The position numbers were made by a program, and so were the translations under genes. This document shows, one piece after another, positions 10,087 to 17,985 of a DNA stretch of 35,476 bases. The DNA is taken from positions 1 through 35,476 of the IMG/VR virus record IMGVR_UViG_3300046115_000085. One strand, 5' to 3'. The notes under the pieces were generated by a model. The model was not told the origin of the DNA and made no database searches. It worked only from the letters and a program-made list of their open reading frames with translations. The stretch's first letter is position 1, and each line of letters opens with the position of its first letter. Source of the DNA: a virus (Duplodnaviria; Caudoviricetes).

Positions 10087-10845
10087 TTAGGTGATCGCGC
10101 CTTGGGCAAAGGAGCGATTGAGGTGTGCCACGTTGTAGAAGATCGTCGCGTTGTTGTACGTGCCAGTGATCGAGCCGTTGACCGTTGCGTTGGTCGCCAG
10201 CGAGAGTGTGACAGTACGGTTGTTGATGTCGATCTTCGTTGCCGTGGTAGTGGCCTGGATACCAGTGCCAGACAGGTAAATGCCTGGGAACCAGCCATCG
10301 CAGTTCTGCACAGCCAGAATGGTCGAGCCGTTGGGCGCGTAGCTTCCCGCCTTCACGACCGTGGTCGCGCCAGCAGCTACAATGCGAGCATTGAGAATCT
10401 GCTTGCCCGCCGAGTTCGCACCACCCTGCCCAGCCGCTGCGATACCAAAGGTCGTATCGGCCGCGACAGAGGCCTGGCAGTTAACTGGCGTGACGCCACT
10501 GACCTGAAGCCAAACATACTGGCCCACAGTTGCGTTGTGCATTGCAATGCCGAGGGCACGACCCAAGTTGGCCGTGTTAGGAGCCTCGGCAGTGATCCAC
10601 TCCCACTGCAGCGTTGTCACGTTGAATGTGGGCAGAATGGTGCAGACCCCAAACTGGCGAATCGTGCCTCCTGCCTTGCACATCATGAACTCGCCTGTGC
10701 CCCAGTACAAGTCCCCACCACAGATGAGCTGGCCAGCCTGAACAAATGGCTGAGCAAGCGCACCACCGGGAGGCGTTGTATCGAGGTCCCAGAACGAGGT
10801 GATCGGCTGTACACCGACCAAATCAAACGAAGCATAACCTGGCAT
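10087..10845 (-). CDS. Capsid decoration / cement protein
   Basis: Immediately downstream of the major capsid gene with an AAAGGAGA RBS. Contains GIAM...GQYVWLQVSG cement-like motif and an inserted small beta domain (GIYLSGTGIQATTT...TVTLS). Confidence 0.65.
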   Translation of the reverse strand: MPGYASFDLVGVQPITSFWDLDTTPPGGALAQPFVQAGQLICGGDLYWGTGEFMMCKAGGTIRQFGVCTILPTFNVTTLQWEWITAEAPNTANLGRALGIAMHNATVGQYVWLQVSGVTPVNCQASVAADTTFGIAAAGQGGANSAGKQILNARIVAAGATTVVKAGSYAPNGSTILAVQNCDGWFPGIYLSGTGIQATTTATKIDINNRTVTLSLATNATVNGSITGTYNNATIFYNVAHLNRSFAQGAIT

Positions 10846-10894
10846 TTGAGTCTCCTTTTAGAGTTCCACAGTATGCGGTCGTAACGTGTAACCG

Positions 10895-11881
10895 TTACGG
10901 CTTCACCACACCCTGGAGCCTCCGATTGGTGCAGACAAGGTTGCCCATCCACAGGATCGGAATGACAACAGCGTCTTGGTTAAAGGGCGACTGCTCGTCG
11001 TTGACGGTCATGTCGGCGTCTTCGTGTGCCACGACCTCGAAGTAATCCGTGTTCAGGAAGTACATCCTGCTCGTCGGAATACCAGAGTTGCCATCGAAGA
11101 TCACGTCGGCGGTTTTGTACTTCAGCGAGATGAACCCGCCAGCAGCCTTGCCAGCATTTGAGCTGTAGTCCGACGTGTAGCGCTTGATGCTCGTCTGTGA
11201 CTGCTCGTAGAAGCTGAAGTAGTCGTTCGAGGAGACAATCAGGTCGACTTGGTCGTTGCCGCGGACAAGATCCAAGTACAGCGGCAGCATCAGGGATTCC
11301 ATAGTCGTAGGCCCTGGAACGATCGCGCCGCCACCCTGTAGGGGAGCCGCAGCCGACTGCACCGTGTTACGCCAGAATGCCCAGACCGACGCGTCGATAC
11401 CGCCAACAGTTCCCGTACCGGCATCTGATACCAGCGCCTGCAGGCCATTGACCTGATTCGCCAGCGAGCCGTCCGAATACATATCGTTCGAGAACTGATT
11501 TCGGTAGGTGTTCATACCGTTGCGCAGGCGACTCTTCGCCAGATTCAGGATACGTGACGGACCCTTGTTGATCCGCAGCTCCCGCCCCGAGGCGACGATG
11601 TTCAGCGCGATTTGACGCCACTGGTACTCCGCAGCAGTCAAGACATCCGACTGGGCGACGTTCAGCACGTCGAAGCCACTGTAGCGCTGGTACGTCGAGT
11701 TTTCGGCGTATTCCAGTGGGGTGGTAATGGTCGTACCGCCATCTTCTGTGCGGTACTTCTTCTTCTCTTTCAGATACGACAGCAGCGCGTTGTTCCGCGA
11801 CACGTTGTCCGAAAGCGTCTTGCGATGATTACGGAAGGTCGTAGTGACCAGCTCCGTAAAGACTGCATTTGGAGATGCCAT
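10895..11881 (-). CDS. Major capsid protein
   Basis: 328 aa: LSDNVSRNNALL, GGTTITTPLEY, YSDGS...NGLQALV, GGID...WRN, C-terminal GNLVCTNRRLQG. Follows the scaffold gene, with an AGGAG RBS. Confidence 0.9.
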   Translation of the reverse strand: MASPNAVFTELVTTTFRNHRKTLSDNVSRNNALLSYLKEKKKYRTEDGGTTITTPLEYAENSTYQRYSGFDVLNVAQSDVLTAAEYQWRQIALNIVASGRELRINKGPSRILNLAKSRLRNGMNTYRNQFSNDMYSDGSLANQVNGLQALVSDAGTGTVGGIDASVWAFWRNTVQSAAAPLQGGGAIVPGPTTMESLMLPLYLDLVRGNDQVDLIVSSNDYFSFYEQSQTSIKRYTSDYSSNAGKAAGGFISLKYKTADVIFDGNSGIPTSRMYFLNTDYFEVVAHEDADMTVNDEQSPFNQDAVVIPILWMGNLVCTNRRLQGVVKP

Positions 11882-11893
11882 TGTTGGCTCCTG

Positions 11894-12904
11894 TTAGGTC
11901 CGAGAGTTAATTTCCTGCAAAACTCTCGCCATCGTAGCGTCCACATCTTCACCATCGCCGGGCTTTGTGGAAGCCGTCGCCGCTGAACCGGAGCGCACAT
12001 TTCGCAGAGGCTTGCCCTTTGGCGCAGCAGCTTTGGCTACCTCCCGTTCGAAGAGTTTCGCCTTCGTAACAGGGTTGATCCAAACTGCTTTGTCGTAGGC
12101 AGTCTTAAGGTCGGTTGCGAGCCCCGACTGTATGAGGCTGGCCATGTCTTGGACAACCTCCTGCGCGAACTCATTTTCCGGCGAGGCAAGAAATTTGTCA
12201 ACTTGCGAGTTAATCTCTGCCAGTTCTGTCTCCTGCCGAGCCTGCTCACCGGCCTGCGCCCTTTGTTCGAAGGTCGTCAGCTTCTGCTGCAGGGGAGCAA
12301 GCCGCTCTTGCAGCATCCGCTCGAGTTGCTGCTGTTGTGCCCTTTCCGGAGGCGGAGGCACGGCTGCCTCACTACTATACCTCTGCCGCAGCATCCCATC
12401 CAGGTCGTAGTCGTTGATTAACTGCTCCAGATACTTCGCCTTGACGTCGGGGGTAGCTTGCAGCAGGGCAATATGAGAGTTTGCCAACTGCGTAAAGGCC
12501 TCCATCGGCTTAATCTGGTGGTGGTCAAACCAAGCCTTGTAGTGGTTGAAGACCTTGTTGTATTCGTCCAGCGGAGTCTTGTACTGCATGATGCCGTCGA
12601 GCGCCTGCTTCTCGCGCTCGTGAATGTACTGCATCACCTGCGGAGGGAACTTGCCGTATTCTGGATGAAGATCTTGCTTCCACGCCTTCGGCGCCGCTCG
12701 CCAGGGCTCCGTCGCCGCAACAGGTGCGGGCGAGCCAACTGGGGTGGCAGGGACAGCAGGAGCGCCAATATGGTCCTGCAAAGGGGTAATCGACTTACCT
12801 GCGTCCCCACCAGAATCTTCATCCTCGATTAGATCTTCACCCATCGAGGCAAGGGCACTATTCATGTCCATGTCAATGTCGTTGTCTTGGACAGCTTCGG
12901 GCAT
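11894..12904 (-). CDS. Capsid scaffolding protein
   Basis: Acidic N-terminus, APKAW motif, coiled coils and DLKTAYDKAVWINP motif; directly upstream of the major capsid gene. Confidence 0.75.
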   Translation of the reverse strand: MPEAVQDNDIDMDMNSALASMGEDLIEDEDSGGDAGKSITPLQDHIGAPAVPATPVGSPAPVAATEPWRAAPKAWKQDLHPEYGKFPPQVMQYIHEREKQALDGIMQYKTPLDEYNKVFNHYKAWFDHHQIKPMEAFTQLANSHIALLQATPDVKAKYLEQLINDYDLDGMLRQRYSSEAAVPPPPERAQQQQLERMLQERLAPLQQKLTTFEQRAQAGEQARQETELAEINSQVDKFLASPENEFAQEVVQDMASLIQSGLATDLKTAYDKAVWINPVTKAKLFEREVAKAAAPKGKPLRNVRSGSAATASTKPGDGEDVDATMARVLQEINSRT

Positions 12905-12918
12905 TTCTATTCTCCTTA

Positions 12919-13275
12919 TTAGTGAATAAGACCGGATTGAGCGGCAGCTTGCTCAACCCAGTTGTCAATCTCTTTCTCCTGCTCCTTCTGTTCCTGCGCC
13001 TTCCTCTGGAGGAATTGCTCCCTCTCCCCAGGCTCCAGCACGCGGCAGCCATTCTTCTTCAGATTTTCTTGATGTTCACGTCGGCCTTCCACCCTTTTAC
13101 CTGTAATAGGGCAGTTGTATGCCTCGTAATCCCCAGCAATATGTGGGGCAACAATGCGGCGCTCTGCGTTGTCTGCACAGAGGGGGCACTCTTCGACCCT
13201 GTCGAGTTGGGCGAGCTTCTTCACCACATCGAAGGTGTGGAAGCAACTAGGACAGCAGTAGGAGTAGACAGGCAT
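12919..13275 (-). CDS. FmdB-family zinc-ribbon protein
   Basis: MPVYSYCCPSC...ECPLC matches the FmdB CxxC/CxxC signature, followed by CPITGKRVEGRREHQE. Confidence 0.8.
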   Translation of the reverse strand: MPVYSYCCPSCFHTFDVVKKLAQLDRVEECPLCADNAERRIVAPHIAGDYEAYNCPITGKRVEGRREHQENLKKNGCRVLEPGEREQFLQRKAQEQKEQEKEIDNWVEQAAAQSGLIH

Positions 13276-13652
13276 TAGGAAAGAAGTAGCAGCCTTAGTG
13301 GCGTGTCGTCATCGTCATCTTCGTCACCCCTAGGCGCGGGGGCAGGTGCCCAAGTCTTGGCCCGGCGGAGTCGAAGTGTCCCTTTAATTCCGGTAATTGT
13401 ACTCGCCAACCGAACAGCGTCAACGACTGGAAGGATTGCTGGACTCTTCGGCGGTGCGGGAGAGAGAATCTCCCGCATCTCGAGTTCGATCTTTTCCCAG
13501 AAGGGGTCTTCGTGTCGCTTGTTAAAGCCCCCTCCACCGCCGCCCATACTCCCCGCAGAGGGTGAAGGGGGCGGCGGACCAGCGCCAAAATCCCAGGCGG
13601 TAATACTGAAGGCGTTTACGCTGTCGAATGCGGTGGTGCTAAAGCTAGCCAC
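13275..13652 (-). CDS. Hypothetical protein (probable virion accessory)
   Basis: 125 aa. N-terminal FS...AF...AF repeats, Gly/Pro stretch and acidic DDDD-LLLL end; translationally coupled on both sides. Confidence 0.6.
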   Translation of the reverse strand: MASFSTTAFDSVNAFSITAWDFGAGPPPPSPSAGSMGGGGGGFNKRHEDPFWEKIELEMREILSPAPPKSPAILPVVDAVRLASTITGIKGTLRLRRAKTWAPAPAPRGDEDDDDDTPLRLLLLS

Positions 13653-14649
13653 GCCACAGATCCCCCGCGGTACCGTTGCCCTGCACTGCGGCGCTGTTCA
13701 TCGATCGGGTATTGGCATCAACTCGGTTTGCCACGGTAAACGCTAGCGGGTCGGTTTTTGCCTTCACGAGGCTAAGTTGGGCATCCAGATTGGTGCCAAG
13801 GATGAAGCCTGCTGTTCCCACTCCGTAGGCGCCTGGAAGGGCCGTAATCCACGGATCGCCAGCCCCGCCAGCTGCGTTCAGCGCCGCGCCTGTGCTACCC
13901 GCAACAAGGTGGCCCGCAAGGGCCTCGTTCCAGGCCTGATCGACGATTTCGTCTACCGCATCCGTTGCAAGGGCTGAGGCAGTGAGCACATCCGCCGCCA
14001 TCGCCCCGACGCTGCTGTCCATCCGGCCGCCGACCAGGGCGGCAGGCAAACGCGTCTGGATATCGTTCGTGTCTGCGAGCACGACAGCAACTTCGGCCGA
14101 CGTTGCCAAGCCCGCCTGAATCTCGGTGATGGCGCTGGCCGCAAGAACGGTCGCCGTAATCACATCCGCGTCCATCGCCTCCACATGCGAGCGCATCCGC
14201 CCGCCGACCAGCGTTGCCGGTAGCCGCGTCTGAATGTCGTCCGTGTCTGTCTGGACCGTAGCGAGAGCTGCCGACGTTGCAAGACCTGTCTGGATCTCAG
14301 TCACGGCACTGGCAGCCACCGAAGTCGAGTTAACCGAGTCGGCAGCCAAGGTAACTGGATCACCAGGGAGCAGAGCAACCACTTCCCACGCCAGGTCGGT
14401 CGGATCTGCGGCTGCGCCGGTAATGTGCAGATTGAAGTCGCCCAGCGTGTCGGTGTGCGCAGTCGTCAGTGCGAGGTTGTACCAGCCGCTGCCGCGGTCC
14501 GTGACCGTAGGGGAAATAGATGCGAACGCTGCGCCGTCCTTGCTTGCCGTAATGGTCAGCGTCAATCCGGCCAGCCCGGCGACGTGATCCGAAGCCGCCG
14601 TCATAAAGACCATTTTGTTGCGGGCCGTGCTTTGTTTTAGCAAGCTCAT
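13645..14649 (-). CDS. Putative virion structural protein: N-terminal Ig-like beta domain plus helical repeats
   Basis: ITASKDGAAFA...GWYNLALT...TDTLG beta domain, then two 58-aa-period repeats (TEIQxGLATS...DIQTRLPAxLVGGRM). Confidence 0.6.
   Translation of the reverse strand: MSLLKQSTARNKMVFMTAASDHVAGLAGLTLTITASKDGAAFASISPTVTDRGSGWYNLALTTAHTDTLGDFNLHITGAAADPTDLAWEVVALLPGDPVTLAADSVNSTSVAASAVTEIQTGLATSAALATVQTDTDDIQTRLPATLVGGRMRSHVEAMDADVITATVLAASAITEIQAGLATSAEVAVVLADTNDIQTRLPAALVGGRMDSSVGAMAADVLTASALATDAVDEIVDQAWNEALAGHLVAGSTGAALNAAGGAGDPWITALPGAYGVGTAGFILGTNLDAQLSLVKAKTDPLAFTVANRVDANTRSMNSAAVQGNGTAGDLWRG
14020..14307. repeat. Intragenic tandem repeat, 174-bp period
   Basis: The repeated peptide DIQTRLPA(T/A)LVGGRM ends at 14194 and 14020. 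Confidence 0.75.
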
Positions 14650-16049
14650 CTATTGACCACCCGCCCCCGGCTGTAAGTGTTTCCTCCACCACCTGACAAC
14701 GTGCCGGTGAACTCCGTTCCATCCGCGCCGTACTGCACGCCAGTTTCTACCTGAGCCTCTGTCGGCAGCGTGACCGTGCCTGTCAGGTTATCCGTCGGGC
14801 CGTAGACCACGCCGAACTCGACGTCATCCTCAACAGGGAAAGTTCCGCCCGAGGGAGGGTAGTGCAGGATCGTGAACTCCACATCCATGTAAAGCGCCAT
14901 CATCGAGTCGATGGCCTGCGCCAGGGTGTTCGACCCAACCAATAGGGCAAGCCCCTCGGAGGGGCGAATGACTATGCCTCGACCGGCGGTGGCTTTGAAC
15001 AGCACATAGTCTTCATCGCCGGAGCCTATCGCGCCATTGTTGGAGTAGCTGAAGTCAAGGAATCGCGGCTTGTTGCAATGCCGCCTGAAAACTCCCGCGT
15101 TCTGCTGCTGCGCAATCGCGAAGGTCGCCCCGTGCGTGGTATTCCAGTCGTACAACATGCCTTCGCCAACGAACTTGGCAGACGCCACCCCTCCGGCACA
15201 GACAAGAGCGGAGGGAATTGCTGTACCTGTGTCATCCTGAACCGGGGTGTAGACCTGTCCGGCCTGCCAGGAGTTATTGCCCACCGTTCGGGCCAGTCGA
15301 TACCTTGGGCAAGTCCCGGTCCAGTCCTCTCCTGTACAGGATGAAGTCGCAAGCCGCACCGAGATGGTTATTCCGCTGCCTGAGGCATTCATGACAGCGA
15401 ACATCGGCAAATCGTCGCCGGTACTACCAGCCCGAGCTATGAAGTACTCGTAGGTAGCTCCGCTGCTTAGGTTGGTGATGACTATGCTGAAGTTCTGTGA
15501 ATGGGCAAAGGCGGGGACGTTGGTCAGGCAGGTAAACCCTTCCCCCTCGCGCAAGACGAAGGCCTCTACGCTTGTGTTCTTCCCGAACCGGGTTATGTCC
15601 GATTGGCCGTGCAGCGAAGTGGAAATTCCTTTCCCGAATACGGCCGAGGCAAACCACAGCGGAGCGTTCGACGAGTAGACCGTGGTCCCTCTGAGGGTGC
15701 CGTTATCGCTTCTGCTCAGCAGCCTGTCCGTGGTCACTACCCTGTCAGGCATGGCGACACATGTCACTTGACTTGGCAAGCTGGCCGAGGCCGTGTCGTG
15801 CTTGGCAGCGGTCATGACCTCCCCGCCACTGACCGAACTTACCCGATAGTATTGTTGCTTCTCTTGCCTGTCGTACGTACCCCCGCCGCCCTGCCAAAGA
15901 GCTTCCGAAGATTTCGGGCGGCCGACAACCTTGATGACCTCGAAGTAGCGCCGAAGGTCAGTCTGCTCATCGTTGTAGATAGAGGCGAGGATGTCCGTCA
16001 GCGGCTGGCACTGCGCCGCTGGGAACACTACTCGCAATGTCTGAGCCAT
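14646..16049 (-). CDS. Putative virion beta-sandwich protein with two domains paralogous to the upstream 173-aa protein
   Basis: Shared motifs AAKHDTASASL / TPVQDDT versus TPVKHDTNS, LREGEG / IRPSEG versus CRTTQG, and VEFT versus HEFT. C-terminal duplicated P..DV..GV.YG..TGT repeat. Confidence 0.6.
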   Translation of the reverse strand: MAQTLRVVFPAAQCQPLTDILASIYNDEQTDLRRYFEVIKVVGRPKSSEALWQGGGGTYDRQEKQQYYRVSSVSGGEVMTAAKHDTASASLPSQVTCVAMPDRVVTTDRLLSRSDNGTLRGTTVYSSNAPLWFASAVFGKGISTSLHGQSDITRFGKNTSVEAFVLREGEGFTCLTNVPAFAHSQNFSIVITNLSSGATYEYFIARAGSTGDDLPMFAVMNASGSGITISVRLATSSCTGEDWTGTCPRYRLARTVGNNSWQAGQVYTPVQDDTGTAIPSALVCAGGVASAKFVGEGMLYDWNTTHGATFAIAQQQNAGVFRRHCNKPRFLDFSYSNNGAIGSGDEDYVLFKATAGRGIVIRPSEGLALLVGSNTLAQAIDSMMALYMDVEFTILHYPPSGGTFPVEDDVEFGVVYGPTDNLTGTVTLPTEAQVETGVQYGADGTEFTGTLSGGGGNTYSRGRVVNR

Positions 16050-16051
16050 TA

Positions 16052-16573
16052 TTACGTAGCAGCGTCAGTGAACTCGTGTTCCAGATCGGCTGTGCCTACG
16101 GCACTGGCTCCGGAGTGCAGCATCTGCACACCTTGAGTGGTGCGGCACGTCAGTGGCTCAATGTTCGTGTCCCCGTAACCGGCGTTCCAGATCTCGGCGA
16201 ATGGCACAAGGGTCAACCAGTTTGCCATCGTCAGACCGCCGACTACCGGCTCTTCGTTCACGAACAGGAAGCGACGGAAAATGTCCGTTGCAGTAGGGGC
16301 GCGGTTGGACCCGCAGGTCGTGTTCGCATCCAGCGCACCCGAGTTCGTATCGTGCTTGACCGGGGTGACGGTGGTGCCGCCAGTGCCCGTTGTGGTGCGC
16401 GTGATCTGTCCCGTGGTCAGAACGCCCGTGACGGACGCTGTCCCATTGTTGAACCAATACGAGCGATAGACGCGGATGATTCGAGCGGACGCGCCGCCGT
16501 TGAACACATCCAGCATCGACTTGCCCGAGGCGTAGGCGATTGCTGAGCCGGTGGCTCTCCATGTCGCTGCCAT
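16052..16573 (-). CDS. Putative virion beta-sandwich protein
   Basis: 173 aa, Thr/Gly-rich and beta-rich, with an AGGAG RBS; paralog of the next gene. Confidence 0.6.
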   Translation of the reverse strand: MAATWRATGSAIAYASGKSMLDVFNGGASARIIRVYRSYWFNNGTASVTGVLTTGQITRTTTGTGGTTVTPVKHDTNSGALDANTTCGSNRAPTATDIFRRFLFVNEEPVVGGLTMANWLTLVPFAEIWNAGYGDTNIEPLTCRTTQGVQMLHSGASAVGTADLEHEFTDAAT

Positions 16574-16870
16574 TTATTGCGCTCCTAAGCTGATAATCTT
16601 GCCCGTACCTTCGGTTGACTTGAATGCAGCGAACTGCTGCCCGCTTGTGTCTTTGTAGTCCGGTGACAGGCCGCACATGATGCGGCCCAGACGAAGCGCC
16701 GTAACGCTGGCGTCCAGATCGTCCCTGGTCGGACCGGGCGACAAGCCCAGCCTCCGCTGGTGTTGTACCTTGAGCAGCCACTTACCAATACGCTGTAACT
16801 GGCCCTCTGTCAGCGGGGCGAAGGACTGCACAACCCACTTCTTGCCGTCCCAGTACGCAGGGGTATTCAC
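16574..16870 (-). CDS. Hypothetical protein
   Basis: 98 aa with a GTG start; fills the operon gap exactly and abuts the next ATG. Confidence 0.55.
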   Translation of the reverse strand: MNTPAYWDGKKWVVQSFAPLTEGQLQRIGKWLLKVQHQRRLGLSPGPTRDDLDASVTALRLGRIMCGLSPDYKDTSGQQFAAFKSTEGTGKIISLGAQ

Positions 16871-16879
16871 AGCAGCCTT

Positions 16880-17101
16880 CTATGGACTAACTGGTGGCAG
16901 GGTTGGGTCGCTCGGAGTCCCCGCCAGTACGGCGGCTGCCAAGGCGTCGCGCTGCGCTTTCACCTGTGCCGATGCGGCCAGGATCGGAGCTGTATCCACA
17001 GGAGCAGCACCCGCCCCGATGAGGGTAATAGCCGACTCAATCACCGTGCCAAGTTCTGAGATAGCTTGGGTCAGGTCAGTAACAGCTTGTTCCAGTGTCA
17101 T
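16880..17101 (-). CDS. Small Ala-rich helical hypothetical protein
   Basis: 73 aa with an AGGAG RBS; co-oriented in the operon. Confidence 0.65.
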   Translation of the reverse strand: MTLEQAVTDLTQAISELGTVIESAITLIGAGAAPVDTAPILAASAQVKAQRDALAAAVLAGTPSDPTLPPVSP

Positions 17102-17110
17102 TTTATTCTC

Positions 17111-17740
17111 CTATTGCTTTACACATCGCGCTATAAGCGCTGGGTTGCCAAGAACGGACAGGAAGTAGACCGGTCCGAACTCGGTAATCTTTGTGACTGG
17201 ATCGCAGGGATCGTTAGCCGCAACCGTCTGTGTAGTTGCCGCTCCGCGCTTGCCAGCAACTACCGTATAAACGACGCGCCGCTTATCAGCACGGAAGGGG
17301 TCGGCTAAAACCTTCCAGACCTCACTAGGAGGCGGTGGTGGAGGAAGCGGCAATTTAGCCTTAATCGCATCAACATCTGGCTGTAATCGAGGATCGAAGA
17401 CCGTATTGGTGGCATACTTCAACCACGCTGCATCACGGTCAGCTTGCGTCCCTCGAACAGCCTTGTCAAGGATTGACAGCCAGTCAACGGGGAAATCGAC
17501 CCATAAGCCTCCAGATACAACATGGTACCAGTTGCCATCGGCGGGCACTGGAACACAAGCATAGCCCCAGACAACTCCGAGTTGGGAGGCTGCGTAGACA
17601 ACCTCGCCCACCTTGACTGGCCCTGCAACAGTTGTAAGCTGGAATGAGATCGGCAGGGTAAGGTCGGGGTAGCACTTCGGAGCGACAGCCGAGGCGCTGA
17701 ACGAAACCAGCAGGAGAAGGGTAGCGACGAGAATCTTCAT
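17111..17740 (-). CDS. Secreted/periplasmic hypothetical protein
   Basis: Signal peptide MKILVATLLLLVSFSASA, poly-Pro linker and four Cys; ATGA overlap with the upstream gene. Confidence 0.65.
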   Translation of the reverse strand: MKILVATLLLLVSFSASAVAPKCYPDLTLPISFQLTTVAGPVKVGEVVYAASQLGVVWGYACVPVPADGNWYHVVSGGLWVDFPVDWLSILDKAVRGTQADRDAAWLKYATNTVFDPRLQPDVDAIKAKLPLPPPPPPSEVWKVLADPFRADKRRVVYTVVAGKRGAATTQTVAANDPCDPVTKITEFGPVYFLSVLGNPALIARCVKQ

Positions 17741-17985
17741 ACGAGGGATGGATCTCCAGCAAATTCAAGGATCTTTCGAACCACTCGCTTGGAGTAGCGC
17801 ATGTCTTGGTTCAAGGCAAACTCGAGAAGAACAACTCGGTGAGAGAGCCAGTTAGCGTGCTTCTTCATAGCCTTGAACTCCCGGATGTCAAAGGCCAAGG
17901 TTGGGGCGGTACGGGCAATCTCGTCCCGTGCTCGCTTCAACTGGCCAGCCGTCAGAGACTTTCTTGGTGCGCGGACGGCTGTCAT
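17737..17985 (-). CDS. Hypothetical protein
   Basis: 82 aa basic protein with ATGA overlaps to the portal and the downstream gene. Confidence 0.55.
   Translation of the reverse strand: MTAVRAPRKSLTAGQLKRARDEIARTAPTLAFDIREFKAMKKHANWLSHRVVLLEFALNQDMRYSKRVVRKILEFAGDPSLV

Noticed and set aside
16880-17101. AAPVDTAPILA as a fourth copy of the VDGxxLLA tail motif
   Set aside because: It is internal rather than C-terminal, lacks the Gly, and lies in an Ala-rich protein where chance similarity is likely.
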